Source of the DNA: Christensenellales bacterium
Lineage (GTDB): Bacteria; Bacillota; Clostridia; Christensenellales; JBMNTQ01
Reading direction: 5' to 3'
DNA length: 64,000 bases
Assembly: GCA_050945835.1 (NCBI GenBank)
Contig: JBMNTR010000008.1
Span: forward strand, 25,276-89,275
The position numbers were made by a program, and so were the translations under genes. Of the stretch, positions 34,103 to 43,640 are shown piece after piece (the first letter of the stretch is position 1; every line of letters starts with the position of its first letter). Below the pieces are notes generated by a model, which ran no database searches, had not been told where the DNA came from, and was given only the letters and a program-made list of their open reading frames with translations.

Positions 34103-34993
34103 TCATTCCGCCGCTTCATTGATGAATGTAAGCGTCAATGTGATGAATATAAACGTCTGTATCGCCGGATGAAACACATTGAAATATAAGCCGATCACGC
34201 TCGGAATACCCACCGCCGCGTTGCCCAGCGCGGTATATAAAAGGTCCATCACGATCATGCCGCCCAACATGTTGCCAAACAGCCTGCACGCGAGCGAAAC
34301 AGGAATCGCAATATCGCTGATAACCCGCATGGGAAAGACCAGCGGCGTGGGTGAAGCCAAACTCTTAATACGGCCTCTTGCCCCTTTGCGCTTTATACCG
34401 TAATAGTTGATCAGTATAAACGTGATCAGCGCTAAAGCGAATGTCATGGTGATGTCCGCGGTGGGCGCACGCACGCCAAACAGCTCTACGGCGGCACATC
34501 CAAGCATCAGCGCCGCGATGGAAAAGATATATGCGCCCAGATTTTCGCCCAATGGACCGGCCTTGCTGTTGGTATAGCCCGCAGCGCTGTCCACTAAAAT
34601 TTCCAGCGCGTTTTGTATCCCTTTGGGCTTTTCGCAAAACTTTGGTATGACGCACACGCGCAGAACGACAGCCGCCAGCAGAATGACCACCATAGCGATC
34701 CAAGTCACCACCACAGTGCTGCTCACGTTCCAGCCAAAAAGGTTCATCCGCTGCGCAAAAATGCTGACATGAAGCGCCTTTGCTTCCCCCGCTCCAAAGA
34801 TCAGCGTGAGCAGCTGCCCCGTTGCATACCACGCGCCGAGCAGAACCAGCAGCGTAGGCAAAGCCAGTTTCTTCATGCTGCCCTTTTTAGGCAGGTCACC
34901 CTGTTGGGCAAGCTTTTTGGCCGCCGATCTGCGCCAGAACAAACCCAGCACAGCCAAACAGGCCGATAGAACGATGGATAGTAATTCAACCAT
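34103..34993 (-). CDS. atpB: F0F1 ATP synthase subunit a
   Basis: Essential Arg region LACRLFGNMLGG. GGAGG RBS 5 nt before ATG 34993, which overlaps the end of atpI. The N-terminal extension is about 40 aa. Confidence 0.85.
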   Translation of the reverse strand: MVELLSIVLSACLAVLGLFWRRSAAKKLAQQGDLPKKGSMKKLALPTLLVLLGAWYATGQLLTLIFGAGEAKALHVSIFAQRMNLFGWNVSSTVVVTWIAMVVILLAAVVLRVCVIPKFCEKPKGIQNALEILVDSAAGYTNSKAGPLGENLGAYIFSIAALMLGCAAVELFGVRAPTADITMTFALALITFILINYYGIKRKGARGRIKSLASPTPLVFPMRVISDIAIPVSLACRLFGNMLGGMIVMDLLYTALGNAAVGIPSVIGLYFNVFHPAIQTFIFITLTLTFINEAAE

Positions 34994-35297
34994 GATTGCC
35001 TCCGAATTCCTCCTGGTTTTCAGATTTCATCACCAAAGATTTCTTTCTATTTTGGGCATGATACCATATGAACTGCCCAAACGCACCCAATACCAGCCCG
35101 GCCGTAATCCCCGCAGCAGCCCAAGCGAGCTGGTCGCGTATGAACAACGCACATAAAAGCAGCATGAGTGTAAGCAGCAGTATTTTGAGTATAATAAAAA
35201 TCACACGGATGTTCTTTCCCTGTGTCACCGCCTTTGTAAATTTCCCCAGCAGCCAAAGCTGTACCAGCCCGCAGCATGTGCCCATGATAAAGCCAGC
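34986..35297 (-). CDS. atpI: ATP synthase protein I-like small membrane protein
   Basis: Small hydrophobic protein at the head of the atp operon. The start is uncertain (M at 35297 or upstream). Confidence 0.45.
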   Translation of the reverse strand, partial: AGFIMGTCCGLVQLWLLGKFTKAVTQGKNIRVIFIILKILLLTLMLLLCALFIRDQLAWAAAGITAGLVLGAFGQFIWYHAQNRKKSLVMKSENQEEFGGNHG

Positions 35298-35710
35298 CAT
35301 TTCGTGCCACCTTCTTGCTGTTTTATTTCGCGCAAATACGCTAAAACACCGGAACAAAAGGATTTTTGGGCGTTTGCGCTGTTTTCTAATGATCTATTAT
35401 AGGCCTCTTAATCGCTGTTTACAATATCAGTATGCCGTCCTTTATGCTCAGCAAGAATGCGTTCAAATCGATGTTTTTAAAACAATCCCGACACCGCTTT
35501 CTTGTTTTGCCTGCACTTCACTTTACAGCATGTTGTATCGCGGTTTGCTGCGGGGCATTTTTACTTTCCTGTCTGAATGCAATGCGAATATCTGTGCTTT
35601 TCTTGCGCGCAATTTTATGATAATTTTTAAAGCGCTCAGCAAATGTCCATCGGTGAATCTTTATACTGGAGCACACACCTTGTTTTATCTGTCATACGTT
35701 TTTCATTTAT

Positions 35711-35738
35711 TTGTAAAACACTTCTTCTGTGGTATAAT
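35711..35738 (+). promoter_or_regulatory. promoter of the GNAT-like gene
   Basis: TTGTAA-N16-TATAAT with an extended -10 TG. Confidence 0.5.
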
Positions 35739-35756
35739 ACATGCGAGGTGGCGGTT

Positions 35757-36038
35757 ATGATTTTACAATATGAAGACAATCGCATTTATGCGGAAAACGA
35801 ATCCAAGGAGCTTCTTGCGGAAATTACCTTCCCGTTTATTCTGGACGGTGTGGTGGATATCGACCACACTTTCGTCGATGATTCACTTCGCGGCCAGGGC
35901 ATCGCAGGCCAATTGATGCGCGCCGCGCTTATTAAAATCCGCGCATTAAACGTGAAAGCCAAGGCTACCTGTCCTTACGCGAAGGCTTGGTTTGAAAAAC
36001 ACCCGGATCAAGCCGATGTTCTTTTAAAAGAGGATTAA
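35757..36038 (+). CDS. GNAT-like small acetyltransferase-fold protein (YjdJ type)
   Basis: GAGGTGG RBS. The 93-aa product contains VDDSLRGQGIAGQLMRAAL...ATCPYAKAWFEKHP, typical of the YjdJ-type GNAT-like domain. Confidence 0.65.
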   Translation: MILQYEDNRIYAENESKELLAEITFPFILDGVVDIDHTFVDDSLRGQGIAGQLMRAALIKIRALNVKAKATCPYAKAWFEKHPDQADVLLKED

Positions 36039-36100
36039 TCCCAATTCTGCAGGATCGCTATAAACGACGCATTTCAACTGAGTATGGGTTTTTATTCACT

Positions 36101-36125
36101 CCCGCTTTACGGCGGGTTTATTTTA
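36101..36125 (+). terminator. terminator after the GNAT-like gene
   Basis: CCCGC-TTTACG-GCGGG followed by TTTATTTTAT. Confidence 0.45.
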
Positions 36126-36255
36126 TATCACCATCAAATGCATCCCTGCATATGATGTGTCAAGGGTAACTGTATGTTGCCTGCATCATCATGTCGTTGC
36201 CACATATGCGACGGCCGAGAAACTCGGCTGCGTGTAAGCAAAAGGAGATGCCGGT

Positions 36256-37332
36256 ATGATTACGATTAGTGTGTGCATGATTGTAAAAAATGAAGAAGCT
36301 GTGCTGGCGCGCTGCCTGGACTCCGCAAAAGTTTTTGCAGACGAGATCATCATAGTGGATACAGGATCCACCGACCAAACAAAACAAATCGCCAGACAAT
36401 TTACGGAGCATATCTATGATTTCGAATGGATCGATGATTTTGCCGCCGCAAGAAACTACTCTTTTTCGAAGGCGAGCATGGATTATTGTATGTGGCTTGA
36501 TGCCGACGATGTCGTGCCTCACTCGGAGCAGCAAAAGCTCCTTGCATTAAAGGAGTCGCTTCCTTCCGATACAGACATGGTCATGCTCAAACACAACACC
36601 ACTTTCGATGAAGCAGGCAACCCCACTTTCAGTTATTACCGTGAGCGCATCATGCGCAACCGTGCAGGCTTCCTCTGGCTGGGCGCCATCCATGAAGTCA
36701 TCCCCCCGCGCGGCAAAATCCACTATGATGACATTGCCATACATCATATGAAAGTAGGCCCGGGAGATCCGGATCGCAATCTTCGTATTTTTGAGAAGTT
36801 GATCTCTTCAGGGGTCACACTGGACGCAAGGCAGCAGTTCTATTACGCCCGCGAGCTCTATTACCATCAACGATACGATGAAGCCATAGACATCTTTAAA
36901 ACTTTTTTAGACAATACGCATGGATGGGTTGAAAACAAGATCGATGCGTGCCGAATTTTATCTCAATGCCATCTTTCCTTGCAGCAATATGAGGCATCGT
37001 TTGAAGCATTGCTCAAAAGCTTTCGGTATGATGTGCCGCGCGCCGAAACCTGCTGCAATCTGGGCGCTTTTTTCCAGCTTCGCAGGCAGTATGAACAGGC
37101 GATCTTCTGGTATAAACAGGCCTTGGCCTGCACACGCAATGACCGATCAGGCAGCTTCATCATAGAAGACTGTTATGGATACCATCCCCACCTCCAACTT
37201 TGCTTGTGTTACGATGCATTAGGAGACTATCATCAGGCAAACAAGCACAACGAGCTTGCCAATATCTGCAAACCCAACATGCCCGCGTATACACACAATA
37301 AAAACTACTTCGCGGCTAAATGCACGCAATAA
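36256..37332 (+). CDS. family 2 glycosyltransferase fused to a C-terminal TPR domain
   Basis: ISVCMIVKNEEAVLARCLDS...DEIIIVDTGSTDQT...DDFAAARNYSF...WLDADD (GT-A fold with DxD motif), then TPR-like helices (ARELYYHQRYDEAIDIF, GAFFQLRRQYEQAIFWYKQAL). Confidence 0.8.
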   Translation: MITISVCMIVKNEEAVLARCLDSAKVFADEIIIVDTGSTDQTKQIARQFTEHIYDFEWIDDFAAARNYSFSKASMDYCMWLDADDVVPHSEQQKLLALKESLPSDTDMVMLKHNTTFDEAGNPTFSYYRERIMRNRAGFLWLGAIHEVIPPRGKIHYDDIAIHHMKVGPGDPDRNLRIFEKLISSGVTLDARQQFYYARELYYHQRYDEAIDIFKTFLDNTHGWVENKIDACRILSQCHLSLQQYEASFEALLKSFRYDVPRAETCCNLGAFFQLRRQYEQAIFWYKQALACTRNDRSGSFIIEDCYGYHPHLQLCLCYDALGDYHQANKHNELANICKPNMPAYTHNKNYFAAKCTQ

Positions 37333-37514
37333 AAAAAATCCAAATCATACCGGCCTTGCGTTGATTTAGATTTTTTGCGGTCATACGCTTTTTGATTCGG
37401 CAGCCTTTTGGTGGTGGGTTTCACTTCCCAAACCCTGCGCTGGCTGCTGTTCAGTTCTTTTTGTTTGCGCTTGGATAATTTTTCCCTGGGAACAAATCGC
37501 TTGATCGTCATCAT
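37305..37514 (-). CDS. small highly basic conserved hypothetical protein
   Basis: FVPREKLSKRKQKELNSSQRRVWEVKPTTKRLPNQKAYDRKK resembles a small Lys/Arg-rich protein family I recall as widespread in Clostridia. It converges on the GT gene and overlaps it by 28 nt. Confidence 0.45.
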   Translation of the reverse strand: MMTIKRFVPREKLSKRKQKELNSSQRRVWEVKPTTKRLPNQKAYDRKKSKSTQGRYDLDFFYCVHLAAK

Positions 37515-37658
37515 CTCCTTGATTGTTTGTTCTATTATTATACCCTATTTAAGAAAGGATATCAATTGAAGGCATCTTGACTGATCACCATATTTTTCTC
37601 ACCAAGCAGGCTGTTTGTGAATACTATGGCAATAAAATGTTGTCAGGAGGTAATCATT

Positions 37659-38666
37659 ATGCGAAGTTTGAAGCGAATAACCTGTCTTGTGCTTGCATTG
37701 CTGTTCTGCTTGTTTCTTATAGCAGGCTGTGGCGAAGATAGTTCAGGGCTGGCCACCATCCGGGTCAATGAGGTGACACGCTCTTTATTCTATTGCCCGC
37801 AATATGCGGCAATCGAATTGGGGTATTTTGAGGAAGAAGGCTTGGCGATCGATCTGGTAAACGGCGGCGGCGCAGACAAAACCATGACGGCTGTTCTATC
37901 CTCTCAGGCAGATATCGGTTTCTGCGGACCGGAAGCGTCTATCTATGTTTATAACGAAGGCAAAGAGGATCATACCGTTCTGTTTGCTCAATTGACAAAA
38001 CGGGATGGCAGCTTTGTGGTCGGGCGTGAGGATGACGACTTTTCATGGCAGGATTTGCGCGGCAAGACGATCATCGGCGGCCGCAAGGGCGGTGTCCCTG
38101 AAATGACGCTTGAATATGTATTGCGTCAAAACGGTCTTGAGCCAGGCGTAGATGTTGAAGTCATCACAAATATCCAATTTGATCTGATGGGCGGTGCGTT
38201 TGAGGGCGGCACAGGCGATTATGTGACGCTGTTTGAACCAACCGCATCCCTATTTGAAAAAGAAGGAAAAGGCTTTGTGCTCGCTTCCATTGGTATGGAC
38301 AGCGGTGAAATCCCATATACAGCGTATATGGCCAAAAAGAGCTACATTGAAAAAAACCCGGATATCATCCAAGGCTTTACAAACGCAGTGCATAAGGCTC
38401 AGAAATGGATACAGGATCAAAGCGCTTCAGAGATCGCAAAATTGGTCACCCCCTACTTCCCGGATACAGATATTGAATTGCTCGCATTGGCCATACAGAG
38501 CTATATGGATGCCGATGCTTGGATGCGGGATCCGGTCATGACAGAAGATTCCTTCATGCGTTTGCAGCAAGTCATAACAGAAGCGGGCGAATTGGATCAA
38601 ATAGCCCCTTATGATAAAGTGGTAGATACAAGCTTTGCAAAAAAAGCGATTGAGACCGTTCAGTAA
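37659..38666 (+). CDS. ABC transporter substrate-binding lipoprotein (NMT1/THI5-like, NitT/TauT family)
   Basis: Lipobox LIAGC|GE and an SsuA/THI5-like periplasmic binding fold (CPQYAAIELGYFEEEGL..., GGRKGGVPEMTLEYVL). Confidence 0.75.
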   Translation: MRSLKRITCLVLALLFCLFLIAGCGEDSSGLATIRVNEVTRSLFYCPQYAAIELGYFEEEGLAIDLVNGGGADKTMTAVLSSQADIGFCGPEASIYVYNEGKEDHTVLFAQLTKRDGSFVVGREDDDFSWQDLRGKTIIGGRKGGVPEMTLEYVLRQNGLEPGVDVEVITNIQFDLMGGAFEGGTGDYVTLFEPTASLFEKEGKGFVLASIGMDSGEIPYTAYMAKKSYIEKNPDIIQGFTNAVHKAQKWIQDQSASEIAKLVTPYFPDTDIELLALAIQSYMDADAWMRDPVMTEDSFMRLQQVITEAGELDQIAPYDKVVDTSFAKKAIETVQ

Positions 38667-38760
38667 CCCTCCTCCTTTTCCTCGTCTGGCAGAGCCTGTA
38701 AACGCATGAGCATAGTTGACTGGATTATATGATGATCTGCTCTGCCGGACTCGCCTGTTC

Positions 38761-38800
38761 ACCTACACATCCCTGTACAGGGGTGTGTAGGTTTCATTTA
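38761..38800 (+). terminator. strong hairpin terminator between the SBP and ATPase genes
   Basis: CCTACACA-TCCCTGTACAGGGG-TGTGTAGG followed by TTTCATTTATT. Confidence 0.6.
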
Positions 38801-39014
38801 TTCTAAAATCTGAAAAAAATCTGCCCGCTCTTGTCGGCTATGCATCGCTGCTTGGCGCATTTTCTGATCATACGACGGTTTTGAGGATTTTCGGCTGTGC
38901 CTTTTAGGCTCTGTCCGGCCGCTTTGCTTCGTCCGCTCATTTTAATGAACCGAACTACTCTATAAGAATATAATGGATATATACTTTCTTCTAAATGTTA
39001 AGGGGGCGTATTGA

Positions 39015-39794
39015 TTGACGAAGCAGAAACTCGTGGAGGTTAAAAACCTCTGTATGAATTATCACACCACTGAAGGCGAGACCAAAGCGCTCGAGAACAT
39101 ATCATTCGATGTCTATGAGGGTGAATTTCTTTCCATATTAGGCCCAAGTGGCTGTGGAAAAAGTACCATTCTTTCTCTGATATCCGGATTGCTCCCGCCT
39201 TCCGGCGGTGAAATTTTAATCAATGGAAAAATTGTGGAAGGCCCTAATGAATCGGTGGCCTATATGTTTCAGCATGACCATCTTTTTGAGTGGCGTAATA
39301 TCGAACAGAATGTCCTGCTTGGGTTGGAGATCAAGCGGGATTGCACCCATGAAAAGAAAGCTTACGCCATCAGTCTTTTAAAGAACTATGGGCTGGGTAA
39401 TTTTTTGCGCCATTATCCCAGCCAGCTTTCCGGCGGTATGCGCCAGAAAGTCGCGCTGTTTCGCACGCTTGCAGTGGATCCCGAGATATTGCTTCTGGAT
39501 GAGCCGTTTTCCGCCCTGGATTACCAAACGCGCCTGAGCGTATCCATGGAGGTCAGTGATATCATTCGGAAAGAGGAGAAAACCGCTGTGCTCGTTACCC
39601 ACGATATTTCGGAAGCGATTGCGCTTTCCGATCGTGTAATCATACTGTCTGACCGCCCAAGTGTGGTCGCACAGGAGCTTTATATTGAATTTTCAAAGGA
39701 ACATCTGACTCCTCTCGAAAAACGGCAGGAAAAAGAATTTCAAACTTATTTCAACACCATATGGAAGGAGCTTCACAACCATGTCAACACATAA
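39015..39794 (+). CDS. ABC transporter ATP-binding protein (NitT/TauT family)
   Basis: Walker [10 protein letters not shown], signature LSGGMRQK and Walker B LLLDEP. TTG start with an AAGGGGG RBS. Confidence 0.8.
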   Translation: MTKQKLVEVKNLCMNYHTTEGETKALENISFDVYEGEFLSILGPSGCGKSTILSLISGLLPPSGGEILINGKIVEGPNESVAYMFQHDHLFEWRNIEQNVLLGLEIKRDCTHEKKAYAISLLKNYGLGNFLRHYPSQLSGGMRQKVALFRTLAVDPEILLLDEPFSALDYQTRLSVSMEVSDIIRKEEKTAVLVTHDISEAIALSDRVIILSDRPSVVAQELYIEFSKEHLTPLEKRQEKEFQTYFNTIWKELHNHVNT

Positions 39795-40596
39795 GGACAA
39801 AAAAGTATCAAAAGAGCACGCGCAGTATTTAAAGAAAAGACGCAACAACAAAATATACATCAATGTTATGCGCATTGGCTTGCTCCTGGCACTGATCATT
39901 CTCTGGGAGGTTGCCGCACAGCTCGGATGGATCGATACTTTCATTATGAGTTCTCCGTCGCGTGTTGCCAGATCTCTTTCCAACCTTCATTCCACAGGCG
40001 AACTATGGATGCATATTGGCGTAACCGTATTAGAAACAGTCGTTGGGTTTTTGATCGGCACAGGTTTGGGCGTGCTGATGGCCATATTGCTCTGGTGGTC
40101 TGTGAACAGCCGCAAAATAGCAGAGCCTTATCTGGTCGTGCTGAACAGCCTGCCTAAAGTTGCGCTGGGCCCGATCATCATCGTGTGGATCGGCGCGGGC
40201 GCCAGTGCGATCATCACCATGGCACTGCTCATATCCGTCATCGTGACCATCATGAATGTGCTGCATGGTTTTTTGAGCATCAGCAGCGAAAAGACGATAC
40301 TGATGCGCTCTTTTGGGGCCAACAAGCTCCAGATACTGCAAAAAGTCATACTACCTGCCAGCGTGCCCACGATTATGTCCACACTGAAAATAAATGTCGG
40401 TATGGTGATGGTGGGTGTCATCACGGGTGAGTTTTTGGTCGCTAAGGAAGGCATAGGATATTTGATCGTCTACGGCGGACAGGTATTTCAGCTTGATCTT
40501 GTCATGGCTGGCGTTATCGTGCTCGCGGCGGTCGCGGCGATCATGTATCTGGGTGTTTCAAAAATCGAATCCATGTATGTGAAATGGCGCAAATAG
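39781..40596 (+). CDS. ABC transporter permease (NitT/TauT family)
   Basis: Six TM segments with an EAA-like loop (LMRSFGANKLQILQKVILPASVP). It overlaps the ATPase gene. Confidence 0.8.
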   Translation: MSTHKDKKVSKEHAQYLKKRRNNKIYINVMRIGLLLALIILWEVAAQLGWIDTFIMSSPSRVARSLSNLHSTGELWMHIGVTVLETVVGFLIGTGLGVLMAILLWWSVNSRKIAEPYLVVLNSLPKVALGPIIIVWIGAGASAIITMALLISVIVTIMNVLHGFLSISSEKTILMRSFGANKLQILQKVILPASVPTIMSTLKINVGMVMVGVITGEFLVAKEGIGYLIVYGGQVFQLDLVMAGVIVLAAVAAIMYLGVSKIESMYVKWRK

Positions 40597-40619
40597 CGTC
40601 ACACACAATCTCTTCAAGC

Positions 40620-40652
40620 AGCCAGGCGCTTGCAAGCGTCTGGCTGTTTGGC
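40620..40652 (+). terminator. terminator of the ABC operon (last backbone element before the island)
   Basis: CAGCCAGGCGCTTGCAAGCGTCTGGCTG followed by TTTGG. Confidence 0.6.
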
Positions 40653-40745
40653 GTTTTGGCCGTTTGGATAAGCGCATCAGGTAACGACATTTTGATTTGA
40701 ATAAAGTGGAGTCAGGCATCTTTAAGGGTTGATCGATAGCCGTGC

Positions 40746-41300
40746 TCAGCAGCACTGTGCAGGCCTTTTGTTTATTACAGCTTCTTTCTCATAGGTGCTT
40801 AGAAAGATCTCTTCAAACCCTTTAAGCCTGTCCTCATTTATGACACCATCCAGCAGCTTATCTAACAAGACATTACTTTGGTTGTTAACTTTTTTGAGTT
40901 CTACATCCTGTTTAAGTTTCTCATCATCATAATCAATGTTATCTGTACTTTTTAAAAATAGCCTCTTAAACTTTCCGATGATGCTGGTCATATTTACTTT
41001 AATATATTTTTCAGATATCTCGTATAAGATATTCTCTGGATCTTCTTCTTTTATGTGCGTGCAATCACATCCTCTATCTGGATTTGATATTTCTTTTTGT
41101 TTTTTGCTTGTATAGGTTTTCCTGCCATATTGTATATACTCAGAACAAGACCAATCCACTATGATTTCATCTTTGTTTGAATACTTTCTTCGATACTTCC
41201 TCCAGTAAGTAGACTCACAAAGGCCACAGAATATTTTACTGGACAGCGGGTAGTTCCCCTTCTTCTTGCCTTTTCTGGCTGGTTTTTCTTCGTCTGTCCA
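40746..41300 (-). pseudogene. large serine recombinase, C-terminal fragment only (zinc ribbon + coiled coil)
   Basis: The open frame has no upstream Met and reads ...KKGNYPLSSKIFCGLCESTYWRKYRRKYSNKDEIIVDWSCSEYIQYGRK..., the Cys-rich zinc ribbon typical of large serine recombinases. The resolvase catalytic domain is missing. Confidence 0.55.
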
Positions 41301-41577
41301 GAGGTCTTACATCCGCATATCCATCTTTTGATTCGTTTTTTCCCATTAGTCTTTACTGACTATCGGTGGAACTGTATTTTCAGCCCTATTTACAACTCAT
41401 AATTGCACCACAAATAAGACAGTATGCACTAAATAATTGCTGTTTCCACCTGTCGAATGGTGTTTCATTATCATATTCAGGGCATTCATATTTTGAGTTG
41501 AAGTTTAAAGTACGTGACCTGATGGTCCCCTCAATATGGGGGAAATGATACAATAACAAGAAGAGGTGGACGAATGA

Positions 41578-41886
41578 ATGAAGAAAAGCAGGTATACCGA
41601 GGTGCAGAACGCCTTTGCGCTGAAGCAAGTGGAAGTGGGCACGCCAGTAACCGATATGTGTCGAAAGCTGGGAATCGCGAACAGACATTTTACAGTGGTC
41701 AACTCCCCAAAGCAGTAGAAACATTAATATTGTGCAGCCATTCTCTAAGAGCAGCAGCAACAAACTCTGAGCCATTATCGCTGTGGATATACTTAGGACA
41801 CCCTTTTGCGACAAACAATCCGGATAATATTTCGATGATATTCTGATGTTTCCAGCTGTACCTTGGGATGCTGGCAAACGTGTTTA
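41578..41886. mobile_element. two abutting IS3-family fragments in opposite orientation
   Basis: Plus strand 41578-~41705 reads MKKSRYTEVQNAFALKQVEVGTPVTDMCRKLGI (OrfA HTH region), then degenerates. Minus strand ~41880-41705 reads SWKHQNIIEILSGLFVAKGCPKYIHSDNGSEFVAAALREWL (rve/DDE core). Confidence 0.6.
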
Positions 41887-42641
41887 GCCCGTTCTCCGCG
41901 GCAAAAGAGGTGCTCCACGAAAAGGGTTGTTGTAATATCTAGGCGATCGCACTGCTTTGCTAACGTCTATGTCGATGTAGTTATTGCTGGATTTCACGTC
42001 AAATATAGGCCCATCAAACGGATCTATGTATACGCTTGATATGCATCCACAGTCAGCACCAAGGGCTATTTTTATACATGGCAGTCCACTCCAGTAAGAA
42101 TTCTATAGATGGACGAGTTTTCCAGAGTTGCGTTTGGGCTCTTAAATTCAAACGTTATTATATCGTCATTGGCCGAAATAATTGTGGAGCGCTGGCCTAT
42201 GCCTTTGATCGCAACACGAGTTGGCACTTCAATCCTGTCATACAAAGAGTAGTTCCCTGCCCGTAAAACAACCGTGCCGCCTGCCGTGCCTAACGCCTGC
42301 ATTGCCTGATTGATAGTAGGCCCTGCATCCGATTGGTCACAGACAAATTGCGCACCGTCCTTGATGCCAGCCTCGACCGTTGCCTGCAGCAATACAGTCT
42401 TTTCAAGCTTATTTTTCCCGCCTGAAATATCAACGTTAAGCTCCGCGGCTAAGGCTTCAAGCTCGGTGAGGTTCATTTTACTCAGCGGCTTTTTTTCCAG
42501 CTCTTTTGTCACAAGCAATCCTTTGTCCTTGAGTCTGTCCGCTAGATACGGACTATTGGTTTCACCCTGTCCGTCTTTGAATCGGACGGACAGGTAAGTG
42601 CCATTGAATTTACGGTTATCCTTGAAAGTTGCTTTGTACAT
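41884..42641 (-). pseudogene. chimeric phage protein: post-capsid small-protein N-terminus fused to a pectate-lyase-like beta-helix fragment, frameshifted
   Basis: MYKATFKDNRKF...LTELEALAAELNVD (Rho-N/HeH-like), then DAGPTINQAMQALGTAGGTVVLRAGNY (start of a tailspike or pectate-lyase beta-helix). The reading frame breaks at about 42072 and continues in another frame to 41884. Confidence 0.45.
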
Positions 42642-43609
42642 CACTGCACCTTCAGCTTTCTAAATACGCCGGCCTTTCTGCTGTTCTTCAGCACGACTGC
42701 CGCGACCATTTCCACTTCAACCTTTTTAACCGCACCGGGCCGCGACATATCCGGCAGGTACGTGTCGATAATCTTACCGCCTTGCAGGCTTGCGCCATGG
42801 AAAGCATCCAGCCCAAACGCAGCGGCATACAGCGATGTTTCTCCGGCTGTATCCCCGCTGTCAATCGGTACGCAGGGTACCGTTGCCGTACCGTTTCAGT
42901 AGTAGCCGAGATCCACCAGCGGTATATCGCCGTAGCCGGTTACTTTCCGGCCGAAGGCATCCTCTGAATGCGTCAGATATCCGGCGCGGCGAGCTGCACT
43001 GCGGATCTTGATCATCAGCTTTGCGTTGCCCATCAGCATTCCCGGCACCCCATCCAGGCCGGATAAAAATTCATCCAGCATATCCAAAAACGTCTTGTAG
43101 TTGCTATCTAGCGCGGTGGAGGTGGAAATGTCAATAGCGGTCGTGGTGTTGTATTCGGTCGAGCTGCCGGTGAGCATGATGTCTAAACCATCAAACTCAT
43201 CTTCTGTTTGCACTGCGTCGCCATTGATCGCCGCATAATAGAACGTATTGATCGCGCCCTTCGTTTTTTCGCTGAGCTGGAAGGTGATCTCATCCACCGC
43301 ACCGCTGCTATTTTGCAGCACCCTATCCACCTCGGCAGATCCGCCGAAGATTTTCAGGTCTGCAGTAGCCTTCACGCGCTTTGCCTCTTGTGGGGTATAC
43401 TCGGTGTTGAGCGCGCGAAAGCCAGCGGTGGCAGGTGTAAGCAGCTTAATATACCCATAGGTCATGGTGCTGCCGTTCGTTCCGGGGGATACTGCATCGT
43501 CAAATGTCAGGGCGTCGAGCAACAGGGATCCGCGCCGGAATTCGTCGATGATCTGCTGGTCGACTTTGTCAGCCATGCCAACCTTTGCTTCTGCCAGTGT
43601 AATTGCCAT
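42641..43609 (-). pseudogene. phage major capsid protein with one in-frame TGA (42896-42898)
   Basis: MAITLAEAKVGMADKVDQQIIDEFRRGSLLLDALTFDD...LKIFGGSAEVDRV is a capsid N-terminus of a type I recognise. After the TGA the same frame stays open for 84 codons. It ends in a TGATG stop/start overlap with the next gene. Confidence 0.65.
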
Positions 43610-43640
43610 AATGCTTTTCTCTCCTTTTCCGTTTTAGATG

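Noticed and set aside
36175-36270. A 31-codon Cys-containing mini-ORF (MLPASSCRCHICDGRETRL…) just upstream of the GT2-TPR gene, as a possible glycocin-like precursor
   Set aside because: The RBS is weak, it overlaps the GT start, and it has no leader/core architecture or paired C-X6-C motifs. It is probably fortuitous.
37520-37658. TPP riboswitch upstream of the NMT1/THI5-like substrate-binding protein (possible ThiY-type HMP transporter)
   Set aside because: No CUGAGA or ACCUGAUCUGGAUAAUGCCAGCG-type elements are present. Without them the thiamine link is only a family-name association.
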